A DNA stretch of 63,363 nt, the filler included, from Folioceros fuciformis (lineage: Eukaryota): NCBI GenBank assembly GCA_049999805.1. It is 4 parts of 3 records of this genome, joined end to end, with 100 filler letters (N's around TTAATTAATTAA, not from the genome) between each part and the next. Parts side by side here need not be neighbours in the genome. Positions count along the whole stretch, not along the records: positions 26,223 to 43,419 come from JBNGIO010005367.1; positions 43,520 to 59,458 come from JBNGIO010005367.1; 2 more parts are not named here. The stretch is one strand, 5' to 3'. The translations under genes and the position numbers were made by a program. Below are positions 37,541-49,074 of this stretch, piece by piece. Below the pieces are notes generated by a model that saw only the letters and a program-made list of their open reading frames with translations, was not told the DNA's origin and did not search any database. Numbering within the stretch: position 1 is the first letter of the stretch; each line of letters begins with the position of its first letter.

Positions 37541-37911
37541 TGATGACTGGAAGTTCTGTTGCCACGCCGCCATGGCTCTCTGTATGCAAAGCGTTGTGAT
37601 GCACGGATCCTAAGGAAGACGCCATCAAAGACAGCTGCCTGCCTCTTCCAGAAATTGCAGAGAGCGGTGTGATGACTGGAAGTTCTACTGCCACGCCTCC
37701 ATGGCTCTCCGTACGCAAAGCTTTGTGATGCATGGATCCTAATGAAGACGCCACCAAAGACAGCCGCCTGCCTCTTCCAGAAATTCAAGAAAGCGGTGTG
37801 ATGACTGGAAGTTCTATTGCCACGTCGCCATGGCTCTCTGTACGCAAAGCTTTGTGATGCATGGACCCGATGAAGACGCCATCAGAGACAGCTGCCTGCC
37901 TCTTCCAGAAA
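37541..37911. repeat. 129-bp tandem repeat, ~2.9 copies, just downstream of the PPR stop codon
   Basis: Units start TGATGACTGGAAGTTCT at 37541, 37670 and 37799. Confidence 0.92.
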
Positions 37912-38392
37912 TGCAATAGAGCAGAGAACGAGCTTCCGCGAAGAGCCAAAGATTTTTCAATTTAGAATCAAGGTACATTTTTATATGAGTTCTGTCATTA
38001 AATTACACGAACTAGAATTTGCCAGCAATAGGTGCATTGACCCCACGTAACAGTTCGCGCCTTCCAATTAGGGGCCATTCTAAGAGCAGGTTCCATTTGG
38101 AGAGGTTCGTACTTTGGCATTTTTATATTACTTTATGATCTTATTACTCATATTTTCTTTATCTCGGTGTTTATCAATCCTTCTCCTTCTTCCTTTTCAC
38201 TATACTGTACGTATAAGGTCTCGTCTGGTGACCATGTTGGCTTCTTAGGGAGTCCGAGTCCGGACGGAAGTCGGCGACCCATCGAAACACGATCAAGCGA
38301 TAAATACAGGATTGGCACGACATACAGAGTCTGCTTTCGCATTGTTTGCGGGCGGGAAGGGAATCTTCCAAAGAGGGTGCAGCTCTGCCAAA

Positions 38393-41300
38393 ATGGCGGC
38401 TGTTGCGGAACCAACAGGTGGAATAAGGATGACAACTATCAATGGAGTGAAAGTGTACTCCGTTTCCGGGCATAAATCCATTCTGCCCTCCCTCAATCCG
38501 CGGTCCAAAAAGGCTGCTGGTCAGTGATGTTCTCCTCTTGCCTCGTGGTGCTGCCACGGCTCTAGGTTGACTGCTGAGTCTTGATGTGTTTGGCGTTGGT
38601 GTGGCAGGCGGCAACCAGAAAGTTGAGCTGGTACAGGACCTAGAGTTTACAACAGCAACCACTAGGATCAAGGTCACTCCAGATGGCCAATTTCTTGTGG
38701 CATCAGGTTCGTGTTTTGTTTTGGACTTTGAAGTCATGGATTTTGGATCAGGGTTCGTGCTGCTGACCCTGAAGCTTTGGGTGGATGCAGGTGTTTATCC
38801 CCCACAGGTTAAAGTATATGAGCTGAAGGAATTGTCCATGAAGTTCGAGCGCCATTTGACCTCGGAGATCGTGAACTTCGAGGTTTGTGTTGGCAGACTG
38901 TCGTCCTTTTAGGTGGCTCAGAATTGTGAGATGTCTGAGAGGGGAGTGGCCCCCGTTTGCAGATTTTGTCAGAGGATTATTCAAAGTTGGCCTTTCTGTG
39001 TGCTGATCGCTCCGTGTGTTTGCACGCAAAATTTGGAAGCTACTTCAGCACTCGGATCCCGAGGTGTGGAACGGCACCCTTTTGCTTGGGTTGGGAATGT
39101 TGTGATGCAGTTGTCTGTTCTCTTAACCAAGAAAATTCATGGCTCGGTGATGGATACAGAATGGGTAGAGATTTTGTTTACGACAAGTGGTCTTGTGACC
39201 TTCTGGTGGCAGCTTCCTCTCCAGAGGTGTACCGTCTGAATCTTGAGCAGGTGGTTATGTGTGTTCTGGGTGTTTAGTCGAAGTAGCGTTCCTACGATGA
39301 GATCTCCTTGAGGACTTAGTTGGCCTTCGCATTTGCAGGGTCGGTTTTTGGCTCCTCTTGTGACTCGATCACCTGGCCTTAATGTCATCAGTCGGAGGTA
39401 GACTTCATCCCATGGCTGACGATTCAGTTCTTGTTTAGTGGGCATTGGTCCAGAGTTCTGAACTTTTATGTGCTGATATTTGATGGGCAGCTCAGTTCAC
39501 GGGCTCATCGGCTGTGGCGGGGATGATGGAGCTCTCGAATGCTTTGATCCGAGGCAGAAAGCGTCTATTGGTCGCCTGGATGCTGTTGCACCTACCGGCC
39601 ATGCTGATCAGGTCAGTTCATGTTGGGGAGCGCACAGGTATGAAGCACGTTAATTTTCTAACAGGAGTTCTCCTTGAGTATGGGTTTTCCGGTGTTTGAG
39701 TCCTGACGGGTTCGTTTCCTCTTGTCAGGCAGTGACGGCTCTAAGTTTTGATGAAGTTGAGGGAACGCATGTTGCTGTGGGAACGAGCAATGGTCAGGTA
39801 GGTCTCTGGCGAGTTGTCATGTGTGACGTCGTAATTGGCTCTGTAGTGTGCAATGTTAGTGACTCGGTAATTGTCATGTATGCCTTGTTATCTGCACAAT
39901 AACGTGTGACATTGCTGGGTATGTGAAGTTGTGGTATTAAATTTGCTCGATCACTTTCCTCGCAGGTTCTGTTGTACGATTTGCGATCATCCAAGCCACT
40001 TCTGACCAAAGACCACATGTTTGTCCTGCACTCATTCCTTTTCCCAGCTCCATAGTCGAGCACACTTGGATCTGTTCACGCTTGTTCCTGCCTGGGTATC
40101 TGGGAATCATGTGCAAGCTTGCGTTTGGTGCTATCCTCCTCTCTAGGCAGGGAGATCCTTTGAAGGTTCAACTGCTATATCCGTCTCTGATCCATTGTGT
40201 TACCTTTGTAGGTATGGTAGTCCTATTTCAGATATAAAGTGGCATGAAAGTGTGAACACGACGTCACGACTTCTGGTCACAACTGATAGCAGAGTTGTCA
40301 GAATTTGGGACTCTAAAACTGTTAGTATTTCCTTTTCCTGCACTTCTACGTTGGTTTTGTACTCGAGAATGACTGTGACATGGTATATTTGACAGGGCAA
40401 GGGGATTACCAGCATTGAACCACCAACTGGAGATATCAACCATGTGTGCTTGCTACCAGAGACTGGGCTTCTCTTCATGGCTCTGGATTCCCCGCAAGTA
40501 GCCTCGTTCTTCATGCCAGCTCTTGGTCCTGCTCCCAAGTGGTGCTCGTTTTTGGAAAACCTTACGGTATATATGTTCCTCAATTTTTTGGTGTGGAGAG
40601 TCTGTGTGATAATCGTTCAGCGTGGAGCTTTCTCTTGTTTTGGAAGCAAGAAAGGAAGGCATTTTACAATGGCTAGGCCTTTGGGTGAACAGGAGGAGCT
40701 TGATGAGACTGGACGAACAAATATTTATGAAGACTTCAAGTTTGTAACCAATGAGTGGCTAGAGTCCCATAATGCGACAAACCTGATTGGCACGCCTGAT
40801 CTCCATGCCTACATGCATGGGTATTTCATGAAATATCGCCAATATGAGAAGGTCTAATTGGTTCTTTTAGCACACTGTGACATTTAAGTGATTACAGTGC
40901 CATGTGCGTTTGAATTTGATTTCGTGCATCTGCTAATGATCTTCAAAGTTAGGTCTGTATTGCAGGTTAAAGCCATGGCAGACCCTTTTGCGTATGAGCT
41001 CAACAGACAAAAGCTCATTCAGGCGAGGTTGGAATCAGAGCGTGCAGCGCGAATCACGGTGGGGCTCCTTGCATTTCGTTACTGAGATGTGGGTTCATTG
41101 GACTTTCCGAGCACCAATCATTAATTGGCTTTCTGTTACATTTGATCAGGCTAAGAGGAAGTTGCCGAAGGTTAACAGGCCTTTGGCATCACGCATCATG
41201 GCTACAGAATTTGCCGAGGAGGGCGGTGCTGAAGAAGAACTTTATAAAAACGAGGGTTCTCAAAAGAAGAGAAAAGTTGGAAGCGAGTTGTTGGAGGATG

Positions 41301-42075
41301 AGCGTTTTGCACAGATGTTTCAGGATGAGGTGTGTAGCAAATGTAGCAGGTAATCATTTTCTTGTGTCCTCCCTTCTGACTATCGGAGACATGAATTTGT
41401 GCATTGTTCTACAGGACTTTGAAGTTGACATGGAAGCTCCTGAATACAAGATTCTGCATCCAAATGCACCACGTAACAAGATGTCTCTTGAGGATGAACA
41501 TCTAAAGCTCCTCGATGAGAGTGATACAGATGAAAGTGAAGAAGCCAACGGCAGCAGCTTGAGTTCATCCGAGGATGAGGCAAAAGAGCCCACGTTAAGG
41601 AGAAAGTCAGAGAAAAAAGATCGCCAGCCCAGGTGCTGGACCTTGTCTAAATCCATCCAGCTTGCCATCAATCGTTTTTGCGCTAAAAGCATTGTGATGG
41701 TTCTGATATTCAAGCGGCTGTAACAGATTCTACGAGGCTAAGGATGAGGTGCACGCACAGGCTTTCAGAAACAAACAATCCCTGGTGAAACTACACGATG
41801 TACCTCTTGGTGAGCGGTTAGGTGGTGTGGGGGAAACCTCTACGGGGCACACAGATAAACCTTATGCAGGCAGGTATGGTGGTAGTCGAGAGGTGTCATT
41901 TGTGCCTAGGAATGGCCACTCTGCTGGTGAGTCCGAAATTGGAAGTAGGAAGAAGCGGGGGATTCAATCACTGGGGCTAAACGAGAATACACGAGGCGGA
42001 GGTAGAGGAGGAGGGAGAGGCAGCAGCAGGGGCCGAGGGGGTCGTGGCCGAGGCCGAGGCCGAGGTTCGAGGTAG
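38393..42075 (+). CDS. NOL10: Nucleolar protein 10 (Enp2 homologue), WD40/NUC153 SSU processome factor, multi-exon
   Basis: TTINGVKVYSVSG; VELVQDLEFTTATTRIKVTPDGQF; YPPQVKVYELKELSMKFERH; LSEDYSKLAFLCADRS; PALGPAPKWCSFLENLT; YEDFKFVT; AYMHGYF; KLPKVNR; DERFAQMF..DFEVD; RGG-rich tail; stop at 42073-42075. Confidence 0.93.
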
Positions 42076-42167
42076 TTTTGGATTTTTCTGCAACAGGAAG
42101 TTATTTCACCCAAGTTTTGGTAGAATCGAAGAGGACCATTCTTGTACGAGTTATCAACTAGGAGTTA

Positions 42168-43419
42168 TCAACCGACCTTGAGGATTACGACCTTGACAAT
42201 TCTGACTTGCTCTTGTAGCACAGCCACTGTGACTCCGCTCCAGGTAGACGCAAAAGTGGGCAAGTTAGCCAATCCTTCCACAAGTTTCATATCCTGTGGC
42301 AGGACATGGCCGAAAATGGTGTGCTTCGGCTCCCATTCTTCGTGATTGGCCAAACTGATGAAGAAATCCGGACCACCATCCACCCAACCTACCATACCCT
42401 TCGTCACAGTTAGCCGTCCCCCTTTGGGAATCTCTTTGAACTTCACACCTTGGGGTGCCAACGTGCCTTGGACCAGAGCATATGGTGGTCCTCTTGTCGA
42501 CGACCCCTGTCCCAACACGTGCCCAGACACGGACGAGGCAAAGAGATGTTAGTACGAGTTCTGCCCATGCTCATGTGCTTGGCGTGCAACACGGGTACAA
42601 AACCCAGCGAGAGCCATACAATGGCAGTGAAGTCTCCAGCTTGGTCCCAGACATCCCCAAGACCCTCGGCACGGTAGAACTGGCAGCCTGCGCAGTGACG
42701 TAGTTTGACAAGCTCCAGGAAGTACTGGACAGAAAGAGGTGAACAGTCTGGACGGAGCTGTAACAAGTACCCGATCAGCCAGCCGAAATAGTCACTCAGC
42801 AACACACAAACACACACAAAGGGTAGAGGAAAAGCTCTTGACACAGTGCAACACATCTCGCACCTTGATGCGTATCACACCTTGAGTCGTTTCCAGAGCG
42901 ACGATCCCCTTCAGCCAATACCCGCACCAGTCCACATCAGCCCCAAAACAAACAGCCGCACCTCCACACCCTGACGCAGCCATTGACAAGACTCGCGATA
43001 CGAAAAAGCACCTGCTTGGGCCCATACACCAGCCCAGACGTCCACACGCTCTCCCTCCCAGCAGCATGCACCTCGGGTGCCATGACATCAGCCTGCCTCT
43101 TCAACCAGCACTGCAGAACACGCCACGCCACGCTATCTCAGCACCAAGACACACACCATCCCGATCTCCAATGCTTCAAACACTGGTGTCCTAAGCGAGG
43201 ATTGCCTCTCCAAACTTGTCCCCGCATCCCACAGGATCCCCGCAATGCACCCAGGAATTGCACGAACAGAGCCCGGTCTCCGGGCACAGAGCCTTGCAAG
43301 CCTCGCAGCATTCGAGGCTGGAATTGAGCTTCAATTCGCTGCCGGACCGCACCACCTCGCCCCACAGCTCCTGGTGCGCGATACCGCGGCAGCAGGATTC
43401 GACCTCGGCCTCAGCCTTC
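42168..43419 (-). CDS. Plant cyclophilin-like (PPIase-fold) protein with N-terminal Cys-rich PAN/apple-like domain; 5' end lost in the gap
   Basis: Exons CCRGIAHQELWGEVV...CCEACKALC...CNSWVHCG...CWLKRQ...WTSGL; HCAGCQFYRAE; GPPYALVQGTL...GGPDFFISLANHEEW...HTIFGHVLPQDM. Confidence 0.8.
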
Positions 43420-43519
43420 NNNNNNNNNNNNNNNNNNNNNNNNNNNNNNNNNNNNNNNNNNNNTTAATTAATTAANNNNNNNNNNNNNNNNNNNNNNNNN
43501 NNNNNNNNNNNNNNNNNNN
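43420..43519. other. Artificial contig spacer
   Basis: 44 N + TTAATTAATTAA + 44 N. Confidence 0.97.
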
Positions 43520-43618
43520 AGAATCAACAACAACATTGTATGCTTGTTGAATTGAATTCTTGCAACTTAGATAGGCGTAATGTTTTGATACTAAAGCACT
43601 TCTCAATCAATCAAACAG

Positions 43619-43997
43619 TAGATAATTAAAATGTGTCTACAACATTCAAACCTTGTCTATTCAAGTTTGGAAATTTACACTGACTAATAAACCAAAAGAT
43701 TGTATAACGCCTGTATTGAATGATCTAAGAAATTAATTCGTGTTTTTAATAAAAGCACAGCGCTGTGTGTACTCGTGATCGTGTTGTTTCAAAGAATGAA
43801 AGCACAATAGATAATTAAAATGTGTCTACAAACATTCAAACCTTGTCAATTCAAGTTGTTAAATTTACTCTAACGAATAAACCGAAATTGTGTAATGCCT
43901 GCACTTAATGATTTAGGTAATCAATTCGTGTTTGTAATAAAAAGCATAGCCCTATCTATGCATTCATGATCGAGTTGTTTCAAAAAATGAAAGCACA
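43619..43997. repeat. AT-rich ~189-bp direct tandem duplication
   Basis: TAGATAATTAAAATGTGTCTACAA at 43619 and 43808; both copies end AATGAAAGCACA. Confidence 0.85.
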
Positions 43998-44359
43998 TAA
44001 TTAGAATCAAAGTTCTTCTTATGTAAACATAAATGAAGATGTTGGAATAATGTAATTTTATGCACCAAAATTTGGAAGTACAATTTATGTATTCCTATTA
44101 TTTAATCTCTTATCTTGAGCAAGTGTGAATTAATAACACCTTCAAATGAAAGCGAGTAGTCAAATGTACATGTGAATTAGCAATCAATCAAAGGTAACAA
44201 TGGGCAAAATTATAAAACACTATGAGTGATTGTAATTCTTGAATATTGTAAACGTATCACATAGCAGCAGAGGATATCGCCTAATACTTACAAGGAGATT
44301 GGAATACTTTGACACACAATGTGCTCCAAACTATTACTCTTCAGACAATACAATTAACA

Positions 44360-45510
44360 CAATGTTCCCAAGTATTGTTGCTGACACTTTCACCATAGTT
44401 GATGATGCCTTAAGAGAGAAGGATCAGTTCAGAGTAATCGATTATAACATACAGGTTATTAGAATGCAAGGTGCACTCCAAATTAGAAGGCTTTGGAAAA
44501 TCACAAAGGGTGAAGAGAAAAAGCCTTATGATGAAAAATCAGAAGCTGGCGAAGCATGGTCAATCAAAAATAATGCATCCATGTACCTTATACACAACAA
44601 CCTAATGTCTAAAATGTTACGCTAGACTAGTAGGGCTAAGTCTGCAGCAGAGATATGGATTAGATTGGAGAACATGTATTCAGTTAGAAATGCTGTTAGT
44701 ATTATGGCTGCAATAAGGACCTTTCAAAACTATAAAATGAAAGAAGGCGACTCAATTGAAAAGCGTATTGGTATATTTAGATCCTTAGCTGCTAAATGTG
44801 AAAGTTCTTCTGGAAAAATAATAGACAATAAGGATCTGTGTATGGCAATCATGCTCTCATTCCCAGAATCATGGTAAGACTTTGTGAGGTCTCATACAGC
44901 TGCACAAACAAAAGCAACTAAGTTAGCACAACTAGCCAAGCTAGTCCTTCCTAAGATGAATTTTACAGAGCTAGTAGAGGCTTTGATGCAAGAAGATGCA
45001 TACAGAGGCCAACATACACATATAGGCAAAGAACAAGCATTGTACACTTCAAATAAAGGAAATCGTGTCAGACCGAATTTTTTGGGATTTGCCAACACCA
45101 ATCCAAGAAGCTCGTAAGGAGCTCTTACAAAGCAAAATCCCAAGAAGAAACCAGACACCTACAATTGGTGTAAAGTATTTGGACATTGTGAACATAAATA
45201 TCATAAAAAACAAGCTGATATCCCTCACAAGGAAGCTTCAACTAGCACTTAGACAAATGTTGTTGTAAAGCAAAGACCAACTCCTTCATTTCTCACTTTT
45301 AGAACAAGGAAGTTTGCACTCTTGCTTCTTATGAAAACCAGATGTTAGAAAACCTGTAGAATGATATCTAGACATGGGTGCTACACCACACATGTGTTTT
45401 GATAGAAACGCAGTTGACGAATAGCAATCAGTTGTTGATCAGTATGAGTACCTTGGTAATGACAATTCTTTGAAATCACCTGGTAGAGTAAGAGTAACAG
45501 TGAAGATGTA
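44360..45510 (+). mobile_element. Ty1/copia gag-protease remnant
   Basis: EKDQFR...RMQGALQIRRLWKITKG, YKMKEGDSI...LSFPESW, a degenerate zinc knuckle and YLDMGATHHMC; multiple stops. Confidence 0.8.
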
Positions 45511-45514
45511 TGTG

Positions 45515-45800
45515 TCTATTCCTTGGTGGACATCTACTCTCGATTTGAATGTCGGAGCTCGGAAGATGGCAGCTAAGTGCTTGGTGGCAACATGGCTGAG
45601 CGGGATGTGATCACCTGGAATCGCGGGCGATACATGCAGACAACGCAGCAGGCCTGTAGAGGTTCTTGCTCTGTTTGCAGACGTGTGTCTGCAAACAGAA
45701 CAAAAGCATGACTGTGTGTCTTTACCAGGCTGGAATCCCACACCCACGCAGTAGTCGCTTGGTGCAAGCAAAGGCTTTGGTGACGCCAGGGGAGTCTTGT
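45515..45800 (+). pseudogene. Degenerate PPR repeat fragment upstream of the third DYW:KP gene
   Basis: TCCTTGGTGGACATCTAC (SLVDIY) and GATGTGATCACCTGGAAT (DVITWN) resemble S- and P-type repeats of the neighbouring genes; frameshifted. Confidence 0.55.
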
Positions 45801-45894
45801 TTGTGGACGCAAATCTATCCCTAATCCTGGCTGGGTCTTGGAAAAGACTCCATTTGGGAAGCACATTGCGTTGAGCAAGAAAGGGGTGGATCAG

Positions 45895-48048
45895 ATGGCG
45901 ATGCAGCTGGAGCTGGCCAGGCTCTTATCACCTTCACCCAAGCCAACGTCTTCCTGTTTGATGTTCCGCAGCAGCACACCAGGGAAGGTAGGTGTCCCTG
46001 AGCACAGCTTAAAAGAGCGGCATGAGCTTCTGTGGCGCCAGTTCTTCTCAGATCCCTCGGAGTGGTGGGATAACAGGGGTGATAAAAGGAGCCCCACCCA
46101 TCCCGACTTCAGGCACAGGTCCTCCAGGCAGCCGCTGTGGCTCAACAGCCCTCATAAGCCGGCGTGGGTGGATTCAGAGCTGGCGTCATGGGATGCCTCG
46201 GGTGCGGGGCAGGACGATGAGGAGGCTTCCATGCTCCGTACTCTGAGGAACCTCTGCGGCGAGGAGGAGCTCAGTGAGGCCGTGAGAGCGTTGGATTTCT
46301 TAGTGCAGAGGGGACGTCGTGTCCCCACTGATGTTTTCTACAATGTTCTGAAGAGGTGCATGGCGGAGGGAAATCTTGGTTGTGGTAGGCGTGTTCACTC
46401 TCTGGCTGTCGAATGTGGGTACGAGGCGAATGCATTTCTGGCCACCCAGATCGTCGGGATGTATGCTTCTCATGGGGAGTTGGAGGATGTTATGCAGGTC
46501 TTCTCCAAAGTTAGGACCCCAGATGCCCACCTCTGGTCCTCCACCATGTTGGCCCATGCCCGTCATGGGGAGCCAGCCGATGCCATCAACCTGTACCGAA
46601 GATGGCGAGAAGAAAGTGGGAAGCCGAATGACCATATCTTTGTGGCGGTCCTCAAGGCTTGTGCCTCGGCAGAAGACCTGGTGGCGGGGAGGGAGGTCCA
46701 TGCTGATATCAACGCCAGTGATGTGAAGGCTCATATCTTCGTTGGGAACAGCCTAGTGAATATGTACGCCAAGTGTGGGAGCTTGGAGGAAGCCCGGGAA
46801 GTCTTTGAGAGCATGCCTAGGAAGGATGCGGTGACATGGAATGCCATGATCGCAGGGTATTCCCAGCAGGGGCTCGGGCGACAAGCCTTGGCGCTGTATT
46901 CCAGTATGCATCAAGAGGGTTTAATTCCAGCGGATACTTTCACCTTCGTCTGTCTTCTTCGATCGTGTGCTAGTGTGGGAGCATTGCAGCAAGGGGAGCA
47001 GCTTCATTCACAGATTCGTAGTAGAGGCCTTGAGGATGATGTGTTCATCGGCAGTTGCTTGGTGGACATGTATGCAAAATGTGGGAGTTTGGGACATGCT
47101 TGCTCAGTGTTTGACAGACTGCCCAGAAAGGACGTAGTGACATGGAATGCCATGCTGAATGGGTGCTCTGAACATGGCGATGTCGACACGGCAATTCGGT
47201 GTTTTGAAGACATGCTGGAGCAAGGTGTCCAACCGAATGAGACGACTTTTCTGTGCCTTTTTGTGGCATGCAGTCGTGCAGGCCTGGTGCATGTTGGCCA
47301 GCGATACGTACGGATGATGGTGGAGGAGCATTTGATTGTGCCTACTGAACACCACTACAGTTGCATGGTTGATCTTCTTGGCCGGTCTGGCCGATTAGAT
47401 GATGCTGAAAGGATGTTGCGAACTCCACTGCTCATGAACGATGCTGTTGGCTGGAAAGCTTTGCTCAGTGCTTGCAGAAGTTACGGCGAAGTAGAACGTG
47501 GGAGGAGATGCTTCGAGCGCCTTGTAGAACTGGAGCCTGAAAGTGCAAGTCCGTATCTGCTGCTGGGTAGCATCTATGCGAGAGCGGGCAGGTGGGATGA
47601 TGTCGATCGGATGGAAAGCTTGAGACGGGCAGCAGGTGCTAAAACGAAGCCCGCAAAAGCCTGCATTGAAGTGAAGAACGAGGTACATGAGTTCACAGTA
47701 GGCGAAGAGAGGTGTGACATCTCGTTTAAGCTCCAGAGCGGGGGCACGAGGTCGGAGGAGGAACAAGGCCTTGTGCAGGACCCGAAGTTATTCCTGAGGT
47801 CAGTATCTGAGATGGAGCCGGAAAATTCCTTATGTGGGCATGTAGAGAAACTGGCACTGGCGTATGGGCTGCTGAACACACCAGATGGCACAGCTTTGTT
47901 AATTACCAAAAATCTGCGCATGTGCAATGACTGCCACACAGGAACGAAACTCATGTCCCGACTGGAGCAACGAGACATTGTAGTGCGGGATGCGCATGGC
48001 GTACACCGATTCCGTAACGGGTCTTGTTCATGTGGGGATAGGCATTGA
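45895..48048 (+). CDS. Shorter PLS-PPR DYW:KP (DRH-type) protein with PDF motif and HVE active-site variant
   Basis: Intronless ORF. The ATG at 45895 gives MAMQLEL, as in the 34543 gene. PDF motif at ~46012-46185, ~11 PLS repeats, KTKPAKACIEV, HVEKLA, CNDC, DRH. Confidence 0.92.
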   Translation: MAMQLELARLLSPSPKPTSSCLMFRSSTPGKVGVPEHSLKERHELLWRQFFSDPSEWWDNRGDKRSPTHPDFRHRSSRQPLWLNSPHKPAWVDSELASWDASGAGQDDEEASMLRTLRNLCGEEELSEAVRALDFLVQRGRRVPTDVFYNVLKRCMAEGNLGCGRRVHSLAVECGYEANAFLATQIVGMYASHGELEDVMQVFSKVRTPDAHLWSSTMLAHARHGEPADAINLYRRWREESGKPNDHIFVAVLKACASAEDLVAGREVHADINASDVKAHIFVGNSLVNMYAKCGSLEEAREVFESMPRKDAVTWNAMIAGYSQQGLGRQALALYSSMHQEGLIPADTFTFVCLLRSCASVGALQQGEQLHSQIRSRGLEDDVFIGSCLVDMYAKCGSLGHACSVFDRLPRKDVVTWNAMLNGCSEHGDVDTAIRCFEDMLEQGVQPNETTFLCLFVACSRAGLVHVGQRYVRMMVEEHLIVPTEHHYSCMVDLLGRSGRLDDAERMLRTPLLMNDAVGWKALLSACRSYGEVERGRRCFERLVELEPESASPYLLLGSIYARAGRWDDVDRMESLRRAAGAKTKPAKACIEVKNEVHEFTVGEERCDISFKLQSGGTRSEEEQGLVQDPKLFLRSVSEMEPENSLCGHVEKLALAYGLLNTPDGTALLITKNLRMCNDCHTGTKLMSRLEQRDIVVRDAHGVHRFRNGSCSCGDRH

Positions 48049-49074
48049 AAGGTGGGAGGTTCCCTCATTGATCCAGAGGCCACCCACTCGATGAGAAAGC
48101 TGCAAAGATCTGTGCCATACCATCTCGGTATCCTTCGTGTGGCCAGCCATACAAATTCCTGCCATTCTTGTCATTCAGGCCAGGGGTTAAAGACCAACCA
48201 CGGTAAAACTGAACGACAGAAGCTTCGGATGGAGGGAAGAGCATTACAGGGAAGACAGAGACGGGTGCCTCATCCAGAGGAGATGGAAAGGCTACAACGG
48301 ATTTCAACGAAGCTTCAATCTCACACCTGCAGGACAACCAGGTGATGGAGGGAGTGGTCATCGATGTAGGTCCCCTGCTCTGCTTGAAAGCTCAGATCGA
48401 ATAGGCCATACGACACCAGTTGATGCTACCATCACAACCAGGTCTCATCTCATCACATGTCGAGCAATCTGAAACGGCGACGCCCTGACGGACCGAAGGC
48501 ATCTGCTCACATTCAGCATGTGACCCTGCACGGGCATTCCGTGGTCACCAGCGTACAATCCAACTTGACCTTTCTTCAACTTCGGGTCCGCCGCCCTCCT
48601 GCAACGTGTGCAAACCACAGTGCCAAGGAACACATGCAAAGAAAAACACACCGCGCTACCATCAACTTGGCCGTAGACTGGTCATGACCACCACGCGCCC
48701 TTCCATCTGCTACCCTCCTCTCCGTGCAGCAGAGGAAGCCGTGCAGCACCCAGCTGAAGTCGCTGCAATGGCCGATAATGGTTTCCTCGACCGGTTTACC
48801 AAGACTGTGTGAAGAATCGGCAAGGAGAGGATATCATGGGACGTATGAAACGTGTTTCGGCCCGCAACAAACGCGGCAGTCGTGCACGCAGTCTTGAGCC
48901 CGGAGAACGGGAGACCGGCAGCGCCATCTCGAGATGTTGCCGAGATTCGGCCGTGGTCCTTGTTTAGTGCGGTAATGTAACAATTCGAGGTACGCCGTGA
49001 GTAAACATTCCGCAGAACGGATTTCCCTTGAGGCTTCTCCTCGTACCGTAACAGATTATGGATTTGGGAATGCA

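Noticed and set aside
31622-37757. Many short antisense or alternate-frame ORFs over the PPR genes
   Set aside because: They are shadow ORFs of long repetitive coding sequences and have no independent motifs.
37541-37911. C/D snoRNA cluster or CRISPR-like array (units start with TGATGA)
   Set aside because: There is no terminal CTGA D box or terminal stem. The units are similar along their full length with no unique spacers, in a eukaryotic context with no cas genes.
45838-45894. ORF-track start at 45838 for the third PPR gene
   Set aside because: It is a TTG start. The ATG at 45895 matches the paralogue's MAMQLEL N-terminus.
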